Shown: positions 17,114 to 26,902 of the stretch, one piece after another | How the letters are laid out: each line of letters opens with the position of its first letter | Position numbering within the stretch: the first letter of the stretch is position 1 | From: a virus | Reading direction: 5' to 3' (one strand) | DNA length: 64,000 nucleotides | IMG/VR virus record: IMGVR_UViG_3300045988_121635 | Program-made: the position numbers and the translations under genes | The notes under the pieces: generated by a model | The model's database searches: none | Told to the model about the DNA's origin: nothing | Seen by the model: only the letters and a program-made list of their open reading frames with translations

Positions 17114-17776
17114 ATGAATAATTTTGTAATAGATACTCCAGATAATTTCTGGCAAATAAGATGGCTTGACAAGTATATGGAAGGCCACAAAGGATTCATA
17201 GCTGGTGGATGTTTTAAGAATATTCTTTCCGGAGAAAAAGTAAAAGACATTGATATTTTCTTTGAAAGCGAAAGCAATTTTCAGGAAGCTATTGATTTGT
17301 TCAATGATGAAAAACATCAGAAAGAAGGATGGAAATTTAAGTACAGAAATGAGAAGGTATGTGCGTTCCAGAAAGAGGGAGAAAAGGTATGGATAGAGTT
17401 CATAGAGTCAGAGTTTGGAAAGCCAGAAGAGATTCTTAGGAGCTTCGATTTTACTGTGGCAAAAATGGCCTACTACAAGGAGCCCAAATACGAAGAAAAA
17501 GAAGATGATTATTTTCCATTCTCATCTGCAAGTATAGTAGCATACGAATATAAGCTACTCTATCATGAGAAATTCTTCGAACATCTTCATATGAAGAGGC
17601 TGGTAATTGACGAAAATATTCCTTTTCCGGTAAGCACATGGGAGCGCTCATATCGGTATAAAGGATATGGTTACAATATGTGCCGGGAGACAAAGAAAAA
17701 ACTTCTACAGGCTCTTAAAGGTGTAAATGTAGAGGAGGAAGATGTATCTTTGTACACTACTGGAGGATGGGATTAA
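17114..17776 (+). CDS. putative nucleotidyltransferase of Pol-beta superfamily; motif GGCFKNILSGEKVKDIDIFF resembles the poly(A) polymerase/CCA-adding enzyme head motif GGxVRDxLLGxxxKDxDxxT
   Basis: motif recognised by eye; 220 aa is short for a full CCA enzyme. Confidence 0.45.
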   Translation: MNNFVIDTPDNFWQIRWLDKYMEGHKGFIAGGCFKNILSGEKVKDIDIFFESESNFQEAIDLFNDEKHQKEGWKFKYRNEKVCAFQKEGEKVWIEFIESEFGKPEEILRSFDFTVAKMAYYKEPKYEEKEDDYFPFSSASIVAYEYKLLYHEKFFEHLHMKRLVIDENIPFPVSTWERSYRYKGYGYNMCRETKKKLLQALKGVNVEEEDVSLYTTGGWD

Positions 17777-17794
17777 CTTATAAAACATAGATAT

Positions 17795-18457
17795 ATGAAT
17801 ACATCATTTGAGAAATCTAAAAACAGTACAGATGAATGGTACACACCTAAAGAAATTATAGACGCTTTAGGGGAATTTGATTTAGATCCATGTGCGCCTA
17901 TGCGTCCGTTATGGAGGACAGCCAGGGTTATGTATAACAAAGAGCAAGATGGATTAAAACAAAAATGGGAAGGAAGGGTATGGTTAAACCCACCTTATTC
18001 AAGACCGACTATAGAGCATTTTATTACTCGTATGGTAGAGCACAATAATGGAATAGCTCTTCTTTTTAATCGTCTTGACAATAAAATGTTTCAGAATGTT
18101 GTATTTCCGAAAGCAAAAGGTATATTGTTCATGAAAGGAAGGATAAAATTCCACAGAGAAGATGGAACAATAGGTGAAAGTCCAGGATGTGGGTCTATTC
18201 TGGTTGCATTCGGTGAAGAGAATGCGGAAACATTAAGATCTTCTAATATTGAAGGAAGATATATACAGGTCAATCAAGAACCGTGTAACACCCATGTAGA
18301 TTGGGAACAACGTAGATACGAGATGGCAAAAACCATGCTTCCGATCACATCCGTATCAGGACGTGGACCTCACGGTGAATTAATATTGGAAGCGTGTGAT
18401 AAGGCGGCTGAATTAGCTGTAATATATGCGGATGCTTTAATTAAAGAACTGAAATGA
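17795..18457 (+). CDS. phage Dam-family DNA N6-adenine methyltransferase (EWYTPKEIIDAL...DPCA...NPPYS)
   Basis: DPCA and NPPY motifs typical of phage T1/N15-type Dam MTases. Confidence 0.75.
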   Translation: MNTSFEKSKNSTDEWYTPKEIIDALGEFDLDPCAPMRPLWRTARVMYNKEQDGLKQKWEGRVWLNPPYSRPTIEHFITRMVEHNNGIALLFNRLDNKMFQNVVFPKAKGILFMKGRIKFHREDGTIGESPGCGSILVAFGEENAETLRSSNIEGRYIQVNQEPCNTHVDWEQRRYEMAKTMLPITSVSGRGPHGELILEACDKAAELAVIYADALIKELK

Positions 18458-18611
18458 AATCAACAGTATATGCTCATCTTGAGAATGATTATAGATTTTA
18501 TAGACTTCCTCTATTTAGAGCTACGGCTGTAAAATACGGATGGAATAATCCTATAGGGGAAGATAGCGGGAGAGAGAAAAAATATAATTCACAGTATTAA
18601 GTAGATATATT

Positions 18612-19451
18612 ATGAGCACAAGTAAAGAATACAAGGCAGTAAGAAATTGCATACTAAATGAACTTCACCTTACCAAAGAAGATATAATCAAAAACATAGA
18701 ACCATTATTGGAAAAGCTTGTAAAAAGGTGCATGCATAATACATACGGAGGAAACAATCAGATAGAAAATTGGATCAGATGTATGGTAAATGACGAACTT
18801 AAACAAAAAGAAGGCTATGGATTTGTAAGGAAAATATGTGGGGAGGTTATAAAAGATCATGTGTTGAATGAGTTGAACATAATTGTAAGACCCAAAAATG
18901 AAAAATGCGTATGTAAAAATAGAGTACCATCAAGAAAAGATGGTTTGTATCTAATCTACGGAAACGGACACGCTGAGCCGTTTACTGGAGAGAATTTCAA
19001 AAAGAATGTGCGTTATATCGGATTAAAACACAAAGACGTATCGTTTGCTATCTCACTGGCGGAGAATGATAGTGTACGGTTGCTTGACGATGATAGCCGT
19101 GAAAAATCCGGAAGTGAGACATATTACGAACGTAAATGTGATGCGCTGTTTGACATTGACGGACGCGGCAATACGGAACGCCTTGTGGCCAGAAATCCAA
19201 AGTTGAAAAATTTGCTGAAAGATGGCGAGTATATACCATCTCTTGGTCAATTAAATTTAATGGCCCATTATATGGACGAACTAAACGAAGCATTCGCTTA
19301 TGTTTCGGCATCTCCCCTCTCCTCGACGTGGTATAGGTCCAGTACCGAGAGCAGCCCGAGCGTCGCGTGGTACGTGGACTTCTCCATTGGTAGCGCGTAC
19401 TACAGTGACAAGTACAACAGTAGCAGGGTTCGGGCGGTAATTGATTTTTAA
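18612..19451 (+). CDS. hypothetical protein; 3' ~150 nt unusually GC-rich (Ser/Tyr/Trp-rich tail)
   Basis: ORF 279 aa. Confidence 0.5.
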   Translation: MSTSKEYKAVRNCILNELHLTKEDIIKNIEPLLEKLVKRCMHNTYGGNNQIENWIRCMVNDELKQKEGYGFVRKICGEVIKDHVLNELNIIVRPKNEKCVCKNRVPSRKDGLYLIYGNGHAEPFTGENFKKNVRYIGLKHKDVSFAISLAENDSVRLLDDDSREKSGSETYYERKCDALFDIDGRGNTERLVARNPKLKNLLKDGEYIPSLGQLNLMAHYMDELNEAFAYVSASPLSSTWYRSSTESSPSVAWYVDFSIGSAYYSDKYNSSRVRAVIDF

Positions 19452-19462
19452 AAAGGATTACA

Positions 19463-20260
19463 ATGATAACATCGGTAAAAATAAAAGACAACACAAAAAC
19501 TCCTTTTGAATATGCTTCTGACATAGAAGCATTTGAAAATGGCAGAGAATTTATTTTCAAGCCAGGAGTGAACGTAATTATAGGTAAAAACGGTAGTGGA
19601 AAATCAACCTTGCTTAACATCATATCAATGTATGCGTTATGTGAGAAATCCATGTGCTCTGAAATACCGATCGAGGCACTGGATTTTCCACCTATATTTG
19701 ATGATGATGACAAGGTTCTTGATGGGATTGACATATCATCCGATTATGCAGGGAAAGTATTCCGTTTATTGCCATCGGCGGAGATGAATCGAGATAGTGT
19801 ATTAAAAAACATCAGCAACTTAGATTTGTATGTGAATAATATTCGAAGATCTTATGGAGAGAAAGTGGTGTTATCATTGGAATCACTTTTCAATTTAATG
19901 TTCGGTCAAAAGGATTATACATTTCCAATACAAGATCTTGTAGAATACAAGAAAAAATCAAATGCGTTTTGGATTAAAAGAATTGATAACCTGTTGAAGT
20001 ATTATGAAAGAAACCGCATAACATTAACAAAAAGCAGTTTTGAATACACGGTTCTCATGGATGAGCCAGATAGGAATCTTGACATTGACAACATAATGCA
20101 AATTTATAATGTATTGTCATTCCATAAACCACAAACACAAATTATAGCCATAGTACACAATCCGGCATTGATTTACAAGTTAAGCAAATTAGATTGTGTG
20201 AATTTCATAGAGATGACAGAAGGATATCTTAGTAAAACTTGTATATTTATGTCCAATTAA
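19463..20260 (+). CDS. P-loop ATPase (Walker A GKNGSGKST, Walker B/D-loop LMDEPDRNLD), ABC/AAA_21-like
   Basis: motifs read directly; family assignment tentative. Confidence 0.6.
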   Translation: MITSVKIKDNTKTPFEYASDIEAFENGREFIFKPGVNVIIGKNGSGKSTLLNIISMYALCEKSMCSEIPIEALDFPPIFDDDDKVLDGIDISSDYAGKVFRLLPSAEMNRDSVLKNISNLDLYVNNIRRSYGEKVVLSLESLFNLMFGQKDYTFPIQDLVEYKKKSNAFWIKRIDNLLKYYERNRITLTKSSFEYTVLMDEPDRNLDIDNIMQIYNVLSFHKPQTQIIAIVHNPALIYKLSKLDCVNFIEMTEGYLSKTCIFMSN

Positions 20261-20289
20261 ATATTTTCAACAATGAGCTATTTGTATTA

Positions 20290-20655
20290 ATGGGGAGAAG
20301 AATCCCAAAGCAGGCCATAACAGGCTTCAAATTTCAAAATGAAACAGATAACATTCGCCCTTTTCTGTCAATCAGGATAAGGGGAAAGGACGAAATTATA
20401 CCTTTCAAAGATAAAAAGGAGATACAGTCTGTAAAAGCGCATCTATGTTCTGTCTTCTCCGGATTTGTAAAAATAGGCGACTGGTATCTCAAGATGTCGG
20501 AAGTTAAGGAATATAAGCCGGTGACTGCCGAAGACATGAACCCCTACATCTTGTTTAAGACATCTAAGTTCGGAAACATAAAAGTTCGTTTCCCGAAAGA
20601 TGAAGATATGGATGCCGAATTATTGGTGTTAGATCAACTTTTTGATGTAGAATGA
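20290..20655 (+). CDS. hypothetical protein (start at ATG 20290)
   Basis: ORF. Confidence 0.45.
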   Translation: MGRRIPKQAITGFKFQNETDNIRPFLSIRIRGKDEIIPFKDKKEIQSVKAHLCSVFSGFVKIGDWYLKMSEVKEYKPVTAEDMNPYILFKTSKFGNIKVRFPKDEDMDAELLVLDQLFDVE

Positions 20656-20679
20656 ATTATTGATCATATTTTAGAAATC

Positions 20680-20931
20680 ATGACCTGGAAAGAATTGAAA
20701 GACAAAATATCCCTTATGACAGAAGAAGAGCAACAGCAAGAAGTTGCAGTATGGGGAGAAAATATGAATCTAATGAAAGATTGTTCCTTGGAGAAAACAG
20801 ACGAGGATATGTACTACAACTCTGAATGGGATTATACTTGTGAAGAGAGTGAATTGGAACCGGAAGACAAGAATGACCCTGATGTACATAAGGTATATGA
20901 AGCAGGAATGCATTATATTTATTCAAATTGA
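20680..20931 (+). CDS. hypothetical acidic protein
   Basis: ORF 83 aa. Confidence 0.4.
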   Translation: MTWKELKDKISLMTEEEQQQEVAVWGENMNLMKDCSLEKTDEDMYYNSEWDYTCEESELEPEDKNDPDVHKVYEAGMHYIYSN

Positions 20932-20949
20932 TTTTAAAAAGATCTGATT

Positions 20950-21735
20950 ATGGCAGTATTAACAACACTAAATATAACGGAAAAGAATGATAACAACAGT
21001 TTATCTGTAACTGTTAAAGTGAATATCACCCAAAAAGGAGTGCTTACCACTACTTTATCAAAAGAAGATGTGGATAAGATTCGTTCTTATGGGATCAAAT
21101 TACCTACAAACAGATTAGGTAACGAAGGATATTTCAATAGCACATCATTTTCTGATCTAGTGAGTCAAATCAGGAAAGTTCTGAAGAGATGTTTGAGTTA
21201 TAAAATAGTAGAAGAAGTGCCTGTTATTAAGTATCAACTGGAAACGAATTGCCTGTTTTCATATGACAAAAACGGAAATATTGTCCCTAACCCCTCTAAG
21301 GAATGGACAGGAGGCGATGAAAATGGAGAATGGAGGGATGGAACTTCCCGTTTAGATGCCTTAAACGCCCAACCTTTCGGTTTTAGTGTTTATGCAAAAC
21401 CATTTCTAAAAAGAGTAATTGAATATGGAAATGGAGAGACAAAAGTAGAATACAGCAGGTTAAATACAGAAAAAGGAACCTATGCGCACTGGCTGAATTG
21501 TGTAACGAGCATATCATACAATAGACATAAACAGGTAATGGAAGTGGAGTGTAACGAATGTACCTCGAAATTATTCGTTGATATGATCAAGTCCATTTGT
21601 AATATAAGCGAACAAGTTAAGAGTTTTATCAATCCAGAACAAATAAAAGCAATTGCGGAGTCAAATGAAGAAACAGAGTCGTTTATCAGAAAAAAGTTTG
21701 ACATGCCTATACCGGACGAATCAAAAGAGCCGTAA
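20950..21735 (+). CDS. hypothetical protein
   Basis: ORF 261 aa. Confidence 0.55.
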   Translation: MAVLTTLNITEKNDNNSLSVTVKVNITQKGVLTTTLSKEDVDKIRSYGIKLPTNRLGNEGYFNSTSFSDLVSQIRKVLKRCLSYKIVEEVPVIKYQLETNCLFSYDKNGNIVPNPSKEWTGGDENGEWRDGTSRLDALNAQPFGFSVYAKPFLKRVIEYGNGETKVEYSRLNTEKGTYAHWLNCVTSISYNRHKQVMEVECNECTSKLFVDMIKSICNISEQVKSFINPEQIKAIAESNEETESFIRKKFDMPIPDESKEP

Positions 21736-21787
21736 TTAAGCTAAATTAAATCATTTTGAATCTTTTTTATTATCAAAAGACATATCT

Positions 21788-22063
21788 TTGTCCAAAAAAA
21801 CAAACAGAATGGAAGAAAAAGAGATAAAAGAAGCTATGATTGAAGCCCTGACGCACTTAGAGGGGTGTAAGTATTTCGTAGCCACGATAGTAAATGAAGA
21901 GGAAAGAAGATTTGATATGAGCCTAAGAATGTCACAGCATCAATTGGCGTTAATTATAAAAGGTATCTTATCCAACAATGAGATGATGATGATGGACGTT
22001 TTGCAGTGGTGTTCTGAAAGACTTAAAAATAGTATAAAGAAAGGAAAGAAATCAACTAATTAA
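21788..22063 (+). CDS. hypothetical protein
   Basis: ORF 91 aa. Confidence 0.4.
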   Translation: MSKKTNRMEEKEIKEAMIEALTHLEGCKYFVATIVNEEERRFDMSLRMSQHQLALIIKGILSNNEMMMMDVLQWCSERLKNSIKKGKKSTN

Positions 22064-22074
22064 ATATTAATACA

Positions 22075-22545
22075 ATGAATCGCTGGTTTGAAATTACGGT
22101 AAAAGCCGAGATTGATAATATCGAGAACGGCAAAAAAAAGAAAGTAACTGAAAAGTATTTGGTAGATGCCTTGTCTTACACAGAGGCAGAATCAAGATCG
22201 TTGGAGATCTTCAAGGATTTGTACAAATCTTTCGAGGTTGTAAAAATTAATCCTATTAAAGTGTCGGAAATCTTCTTCAACGGAGAAGCTGAGTACTGGT
22301 ATAAGTGTAAGGTGAATTACATTACACTGGATGAAAAGAAAGGTAAAGAAAAGAAAACTCCATGCTATATGTATATCCAGGCCGGCAATCCTAAGGATGC
22401 CGAAGCTGTGTTGACTAAAGGTATGCAGGGTACGTTAGGAGACTGGAATTGCGAGTCTATTGTGGAAACGAAAATCATTGAAGTGTTTAAATACGATCTG
22501 CAAAAAGGCGTAGAAAAATTGGGAGAAAAGAAAACTGATGAGTGA
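22075..22545 (+). CDS. hypothetical protein
   Basis: ORF 156 aa. Confidence 0.5.
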   Translation: MNRWFEITVKAEIDNIENGKKKKVTEKYLVDALSYTEAESRSLEIFKDLYKSFEVVKINPIKVSEIFFNGEAEYWYKCKVNYITLDEKKGKEKKTPCYMYIQAGNPKDAEAVLTKGMQGTLGDWNCESIVETKIIEVFKYDLQKGVEKLGEKKTDE

Positions 22546-22789
22546 TGTTGTTTCCCGTGTAGCACTTGCGACAGCAATTGTATTATTGGTAGTGGCAGGT
22601 GCTACTTTACTGATAGTGATTAAGACAGAAGAAGTGCCAAGATGGTTAATGAACTTACCATATACGCTGTCTTTAACGGCGTTATCTTTTTCAAGTATAT
22701 CGCTTATATCTAAATACATATCGCTTGTATCGAAATATAAAAAGTGGAAAAGAAATTGTACGTCTGCGAAAAATGCGGACGAAAAGTAA
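22538..22789 (+). CDS. hypothetical membrane protein (two hydrophobic helices)
   Basis: ORF 83 aa, hydrophobic. Confidence 0.4.
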   Translation: MSDVVSRVALATAIVLLVVAGATLLIVIKTEEVPRWLMNLPYTLSLTALSFSSISLISKYISLVSKYKKWKRNCTSAKNADEK

Positions 22790-23259
22790 TGATAAGAAGT
22801 CATGGCTTATGCCAGGCTTGCAGGAGCAAAGAGTTGACTCCGAAGAAAAAAGACAGAATTACATCCATTAAAAACAGCAGCAAGAAGAAAAAGTTAGAGA
22901 ACCCGGATTTATCCGGGTTTTTTCGTCTTATGTTGGAGGAGTTGAGTACTATTCGAATGTCTATGACCGGTAAGGCTATTCATTTTCCTACAGTATGTAA
23001 CGTATGTCACATACTTCCGAAAAGGATATATAAGTCGGTTGCTACTTGCAGGGATAATATAGTTTTCCTTCATGAATCGGAGCATACGGTATTCGACATG
23101 TATCTTGACCGGATGGAATTTGATAAACTTGAAACAGAATTTCCTTTTGTGTGGAAGTATGCGGTAAAGAAGGTACTGGATATGGAAAGCAGGGGAATGA
23201 TTAAAGAAAGAGGTAGATTAATTATTGAAATAATTGACAGATATGAGAAAACTTTATAA
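22744..23259 (+). CDS. hypothetical Zn-ribbon protein (CEKCG...CQAC)
   Basis: ORF 171 aa. Confidence 0.45.
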   Translation: MEKKLYVCEKCGRKVMIRSHGLCQACRSKELTPKKKDRITSIKNSSKKKKLENPDLSGFFRLMLEELSTIRMSMTGKAIHFPTVCNVCHILPKRIYKSVATCRDNIVFLHESEHTVFDMYLDRMEFDKLETEFPFVWKYAVKKVLDMESRGMIKERGRLIIEIIDRYEKTL

Positions 23260-23419
23260 AATAAGAATAGAAGCTGACGATGAAACTATCTTTTATGCTC
23301 ACATACGAAGAGAGAGTTATGGCAAGGATATAGCTATCGCAGTGAAAGATAGAGATAAAGATGAAGTGGAAACAGTGTTACATTGTATTAAAGAAGAATT
23401 GATTAGAGGAAGATCATGA
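23234..23419 (+). CDS. hypothetical protein
   Basis: ORF 61 aa; ATGA overlap. Confidence 0.35.
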   Translation: MTDMRKLYKIRIEADDETIFYAHIRRESYGKDIAIAVKDRDKDEVETVLHCIKEELIRGRS

Positions 23420-24732
23420 AAGAGAAAATAAAAATATTGACAGATTTAGGGTTTGCGCCTATGGTAGAAGGAGAAGGAAATACGTTGTTTAGAATGAACG
23501 ATGTTGTGATGTCGGTGTCAGATCCTAACCAAACACCAGAGCAGTTGAAGAAGGAGGTTATGTCTTTAATAAAGAACAGAGACATAGCGGAAAGAGGTGG
23601 ACAGGTTCCAGTAGTTGAAGAGCCGGCGCCTGAGCCAGAGCAGGCCCAGAAGGAGGAACCGGAAGCTCCGGCGGAGGAAGCCGCTCCTAACCCTGGAGAA
23701 GAGGATTCGAATCCGTTTACAGAAAATCAGGAAACGTTAGAGCCGTTTTATATCTGTGATGAGTTAAAGAAGATCGAGACTCCCAAATTCGTAAGATTGA
23801 CATTAGACGGTAATCGTTTTTATGTAAGAAAGATGGACGATGGGACAGCCAAGATATATGCTTCGGTAACAACCATGATCAGAGACGGATTCGTAGATGA
23901 CAAGACGGCTCTTCAAGAATGGAGACAGGAGATGAGGATGATTGGTCGCAATCCGGAAGAAGTATCAGAATATGATGCAGATAAAGGAACGATCATGCAC
24001 TACCTATACGGATTGTACTTGACGGGTAGAGATATGGTCTTAAATCGAAGTTTTATAGTTAAGACAGTGCAAGAAGGCAAGCTTAAAATATCAAAAAAGA
24101 ATCTTGACAAATTCTTTGGTAGCATAGATGATCTTGACGATATGATTGTCAGAGTTATGAAGTTTGCTAAATTTTGTTCAGAGTATAAGGTTAAGCCGAT
24201 GATGATTGAAAGAATATTGTCATTAGAAGATTATTTGGTAGCTACGCCGATAGATGCGATGGTTAAAATGACATTCAAATACAAAGAAGAAGGTTATTTT
24301 GGAGCCGTGTATCAAAGGGCTACGGGGCAGTTCAAAAAAGGAGATCCGAAGAAGGAAGTGAGAGAAGTGGAGAAAGAAGAGATTGTTATCTTAGATTTTA
24401 AATCAGGTGACATACGAAATGAACATGCTTTTCAATTGGAGGCTGAAAGGAGAATGGTTAAAAACTGGTACGGAATTGATGCACGTATTATGAATTTTTC
24501 TCCAAAAAGCACGAACAGTAAAGGTTATACGCTAAAGGAATGGTCTGATAAAAATGCTGCTATGGAGAAGGCAGACTGTGTATTCCAACAAGGGATGTTG
24601 AATCATATCAGAAAAGATAAGAGGTTTAAAGTGAGAAAAGGAGTGCTGAATATCAATAAGCCGTACAATGAAGAGGATCATATTGTCGTATATGATATTG
24701 CTGAGGAAATGTCTAAAAGATTCGTAATATGA
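23416..24732 (+). CDS. hypothetical protein with Pro/Glu/Ala-rich linker and a possible PD-(D/E)xK-like nuclease core (EIVILDFKSGD)
   Basis: ORF 438 aa; nuclease assignment weak. Confidence 0.5.
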   Translation: MKEKIKILTDLGFAPMVEGEGNTLFRMNDVVMSVSDPNQTPEQLKKEVMSLIKNRDIAERGGQVPVVEEPAPEPEQAQKEEPEAPAEEAAPNPGEEDSNPFTENQETLEPFYICDELKKIETPKFVRLTLDGNRFYVRKMDDGTAKIYASVTTMIRDGFVDDKTALQEWRQEMRMIGRNPEEVSEYDADKGTIMHYLYGLYLTGRDMVLNRSFIVKTVQEGKLKISKKNLDKFFGSIDDLDDMIVRVMKFAKFCSEYKVKPMMIERILSLEDYLVATPIDAMVKMTFKYKEEGYFGAVYQRATGQFKKGDPKKEVREVEKEEIVILDFKSGDIRNEHAFQLEAERRMVKNWYGIDARIMNFSPKSTNSKGYTLKEWSDKNAAMEKADCVFQQGMLNHIRKDKRFKVRKGVLNINKPYNEEDHIVVYDIAEEMSKRFVI

Positions 24733-24962
24733 GTGATATTGTTATTCCTAAAGGAGATTATGTGGAAATCGTAAAACCGATATGTATCAATCCTTTTGGT
24801 GATTATTTTATTAACATCAAAAGGGGTTCAAGATTAAGATTATCGAAAGATTTGAAAATAGGGGATAAGTATGCAATATGCATACTCACATCTTACGAGA
24901 AATATGGCAAGACTGTTAATGTGACAATGCCTATACTGGTTAGAAACACAAGAAGAGTATGA
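24729..24962 (+). CDS. hypothetical protein
   Basis: ORF 77 aa, ATGA overlaps both sides. Confidence 0.45.
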   Translation: MSDIVIPKGDYVEIVKPICINPFGDYFINIKRGSRLRLSKDLKIGDKYAICILTSYEKYGKTVNVTMPILVRNTRRV

Positions 24963-25309
24963 AAAGAAAAATTAGAAGAACCGGGGAGATAATAGACGTA
25001 ATCACCTTCAGTGGTTCAACTATAAGAAGCGACTATGACCAAATACAATTCTATGACAGCAACGGAAGTGTGATAAATGAGAGTTTAAATTATTATCTCG
25101 ATACCCTTCCTGTGGATGATAAAAACAAAGACGTAGATTGGGAACAACGTAGATTCGATCTTGTTAAGGCTTATTCTATTGAGTTCATTAAAATGCAAGA
25201 TAGAAAAGGAGAAATAGATTGCGGAGTATATATACCAGATGTGGTGTCATGGTCTATAACTATAGCAGATAGAATCATAGAGGCGATGAGAGGAGTTAAA
25301 AATGCTTGA
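24959..25309 (+). CDS. hypothetical protein
   Basis: ORF 116 aa. Confidence 0.45.
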   Translation: MKRKIRRTGEIIDVITFSGSTIRSDYDQIQFYDSNGSVINESLNYYLDTLPVDDKNKDVDWEQRRFDLVKAYSIEFIKMQDRKGEIDCGVYIPDVVSWSITIADRIIEAMRGVKNA

Positions 25310-26315
25310 TTTTAGAAAATACGAAAACGTACCTCGGTTTCAACTTGACCGCAGGCCGGGCAGGAGCCGACTGAAGCTAACCTGCCCAGCTTGCGGGAAA
25401 AGCCGGTGTCTCACCCCTTATATTGATGTGGCAACAGGCCAGGTTGTCGGCAACGAGTTCGGAAGATGCGATCATGAACGGACTTGCGGTTACGATAAAC
25501 GACCTACTGGTAAGGATGTAGGTGACAAAGATCTTTGGATCTCGGGAAACAAGTGCATAAGAGCTTATCGTCCTCCTGTAAATCCTGACGTTGTAAATTA
25601 CATACCTTTTAGCGAGTTTGAGAGGACTGTGGTTCCAGACGATAGAAACACCGTATTTAGATTTTTATCGTCTCTATGGGGAAAAGAAAGGGTATCTGAT
25701 GTGTTCAGAAGGTATCATGTCGGAACAATGGACTTATGGGGATGGAAAGGGTGTTGTATATTCTGGCAGATAGACAAAGATTTTGTATGTAGAACCGGCA
25801 AGATCATGGACTTTTATATAAAGACCGACAGCCAGGGGAATGAGATTGATGTAAAAAGAGTGAAAGAAAAAGACGGTGACAATGAGCGGCCTCATGTTAT
25901 GTTTTATCACTCGTTGCATGCAAGAGACTTCTTGTTTAGACAATGCCTGTTCGGAGAACATCTTCTAAGCCAATATCCGGATAAGGTGGTTAATTTGGTG
26001 GAATCAGAAAAGACGGCTATTATATGCGCTGTGAATAAACCGGATGAGTTATTTGTAGCTACCGGTGGGTTGCAGAATCTAAGACCGGAAGTGATAGATG
26101 TTTTAAAAGATAGAAAGACCGTAGCTTTTCCGGACAAAGGACAAGCATTTGAGACATGGAGTAAAAAGATAGATGGGATGATGATGAAGTCAAGGATAAA
26201 AGTATCGGACTATCTTCAAAATGTTGAAAATGTAGGAGACGGAGATGATGTGGCAGATTTGATAATCAATAACAAGGTAAAAGAAAAATATCATGAGCCT
26301 GGATGTTTATATTAA
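25302..26315 (+). CDS. putative DNA primase-like protein: N-terminal Zn finger (CPACG...CDHERTCGY) + TOPRIM-like region (VESEKTAII...FPDKG)
   Basis: motifs by eye; sits upstream of DnaB-like helicase. Confidence 0.45.
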   Translation: MLDFRKYENVPRFQLDRRPGRSRLKLTCPACGKSRCLTPYIDVATGQVVGNEFGRCDHERTCGYDKRPTGKDVGDKDLWISGNKCIRAYRPPVNPDVVNYIPFSEFERTVVPDDRNTVFRFLSSLWGKERVSDVFRRYHVGTMDLWGWKGCCIFWQIDKDFVCRTGKIMDFYIKTDSQGNEIDVKRVKEKDGDNERPHVMFYHSLHARDFLFRQCLFGEHLLSQYPDKVVNLVESEKTAIICAVNKPDELFVATGGLQNLRPEVIDVLKDRKTVAFPDKGQAFETWSKKIDGMMMKSRIKVSDYLQNVENVGDGDDVADLIINNKVKEKYHEPGCLY

Positions 26316-26643
26316 GAACAAGAAGAAAGAAGATCGTGAATGGGTTGCGAACATCACCCACAACATGAACAAGATGGCACAAAGAATATTCGTATCAGAA
26401 AATAAAGAAACGCTGTACGATTATGTTTGGAGACCAGAAGAATTGGGTAGGGAAATAGATACCGATGAGATGAAGAATGTACTTACAAAAGGCATATGTA
26501 TTATGATCTCTAAGAGAAAAAGTCTTTTGAGATACGAGCCGGAAAACGGATGGGGGTCTTATGATTCATTTCTTAAGTTTCTTATCGAATATAAAGAGGC
26601 GTGTGAAGATCATCCGGGTTATATAATTGAAGCAAGTAGATAA
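26293..26643 (+). CDS. hypothetical protein
   Basis: ORF 116 aa. Confidence 0.45.
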   Translation: MSLDVYIKNKKKEDREWVANITHNMNKMAQRIFVSENKETLYDYVWRPEELGREIDTDEMKNVLTKGICIMISKRKSLLRYEPENGWGSYDSFLKFLIEYKEACEDHPGYIIEASR

Positions 26644-26902
26644 TATGGAAAATTACAAAAACACTTTAAACGAGGTAGTGGTGATTGAATCGTCGCCAGA
26701 AACGTATTTTGTTTACGCTATTCGTAATGCTATTCGTATCTCTAAATGTGCGTATCCGACAGCCAAGAAAGTAATTTTCAAAAGAGAGGACGTAGAGGTA
26801 GAGATCTCAGAAATGGAAACTGAAAGCAGTTTGTATGAAAAGTTTAAAGAAAAACAAAAGAATAGGGTATGGAACTTAATGAGCGCCAACAACGGGTTTT
26901 AA
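26627..26902 (+). CDS. hypothetical protein
   Basis: ORF 91 aa. Confidence 0.4.
   Translation: MKQVDNMENYKNTLNEVVVIESSPETYFVYAIRNAIRISKCAYPTAKKVIFKREDVEVEISEMETESSLYEKFKEKQKNRVWNLMSANNGF

Noticed and set aside
19048-19734. 228-aa minus-strand ORF overlapping two + strand genes
   Set aside because: It lies antisense to two well-supported genes and owes its length to the local GC-rich island. It is probably a spurious ORF.
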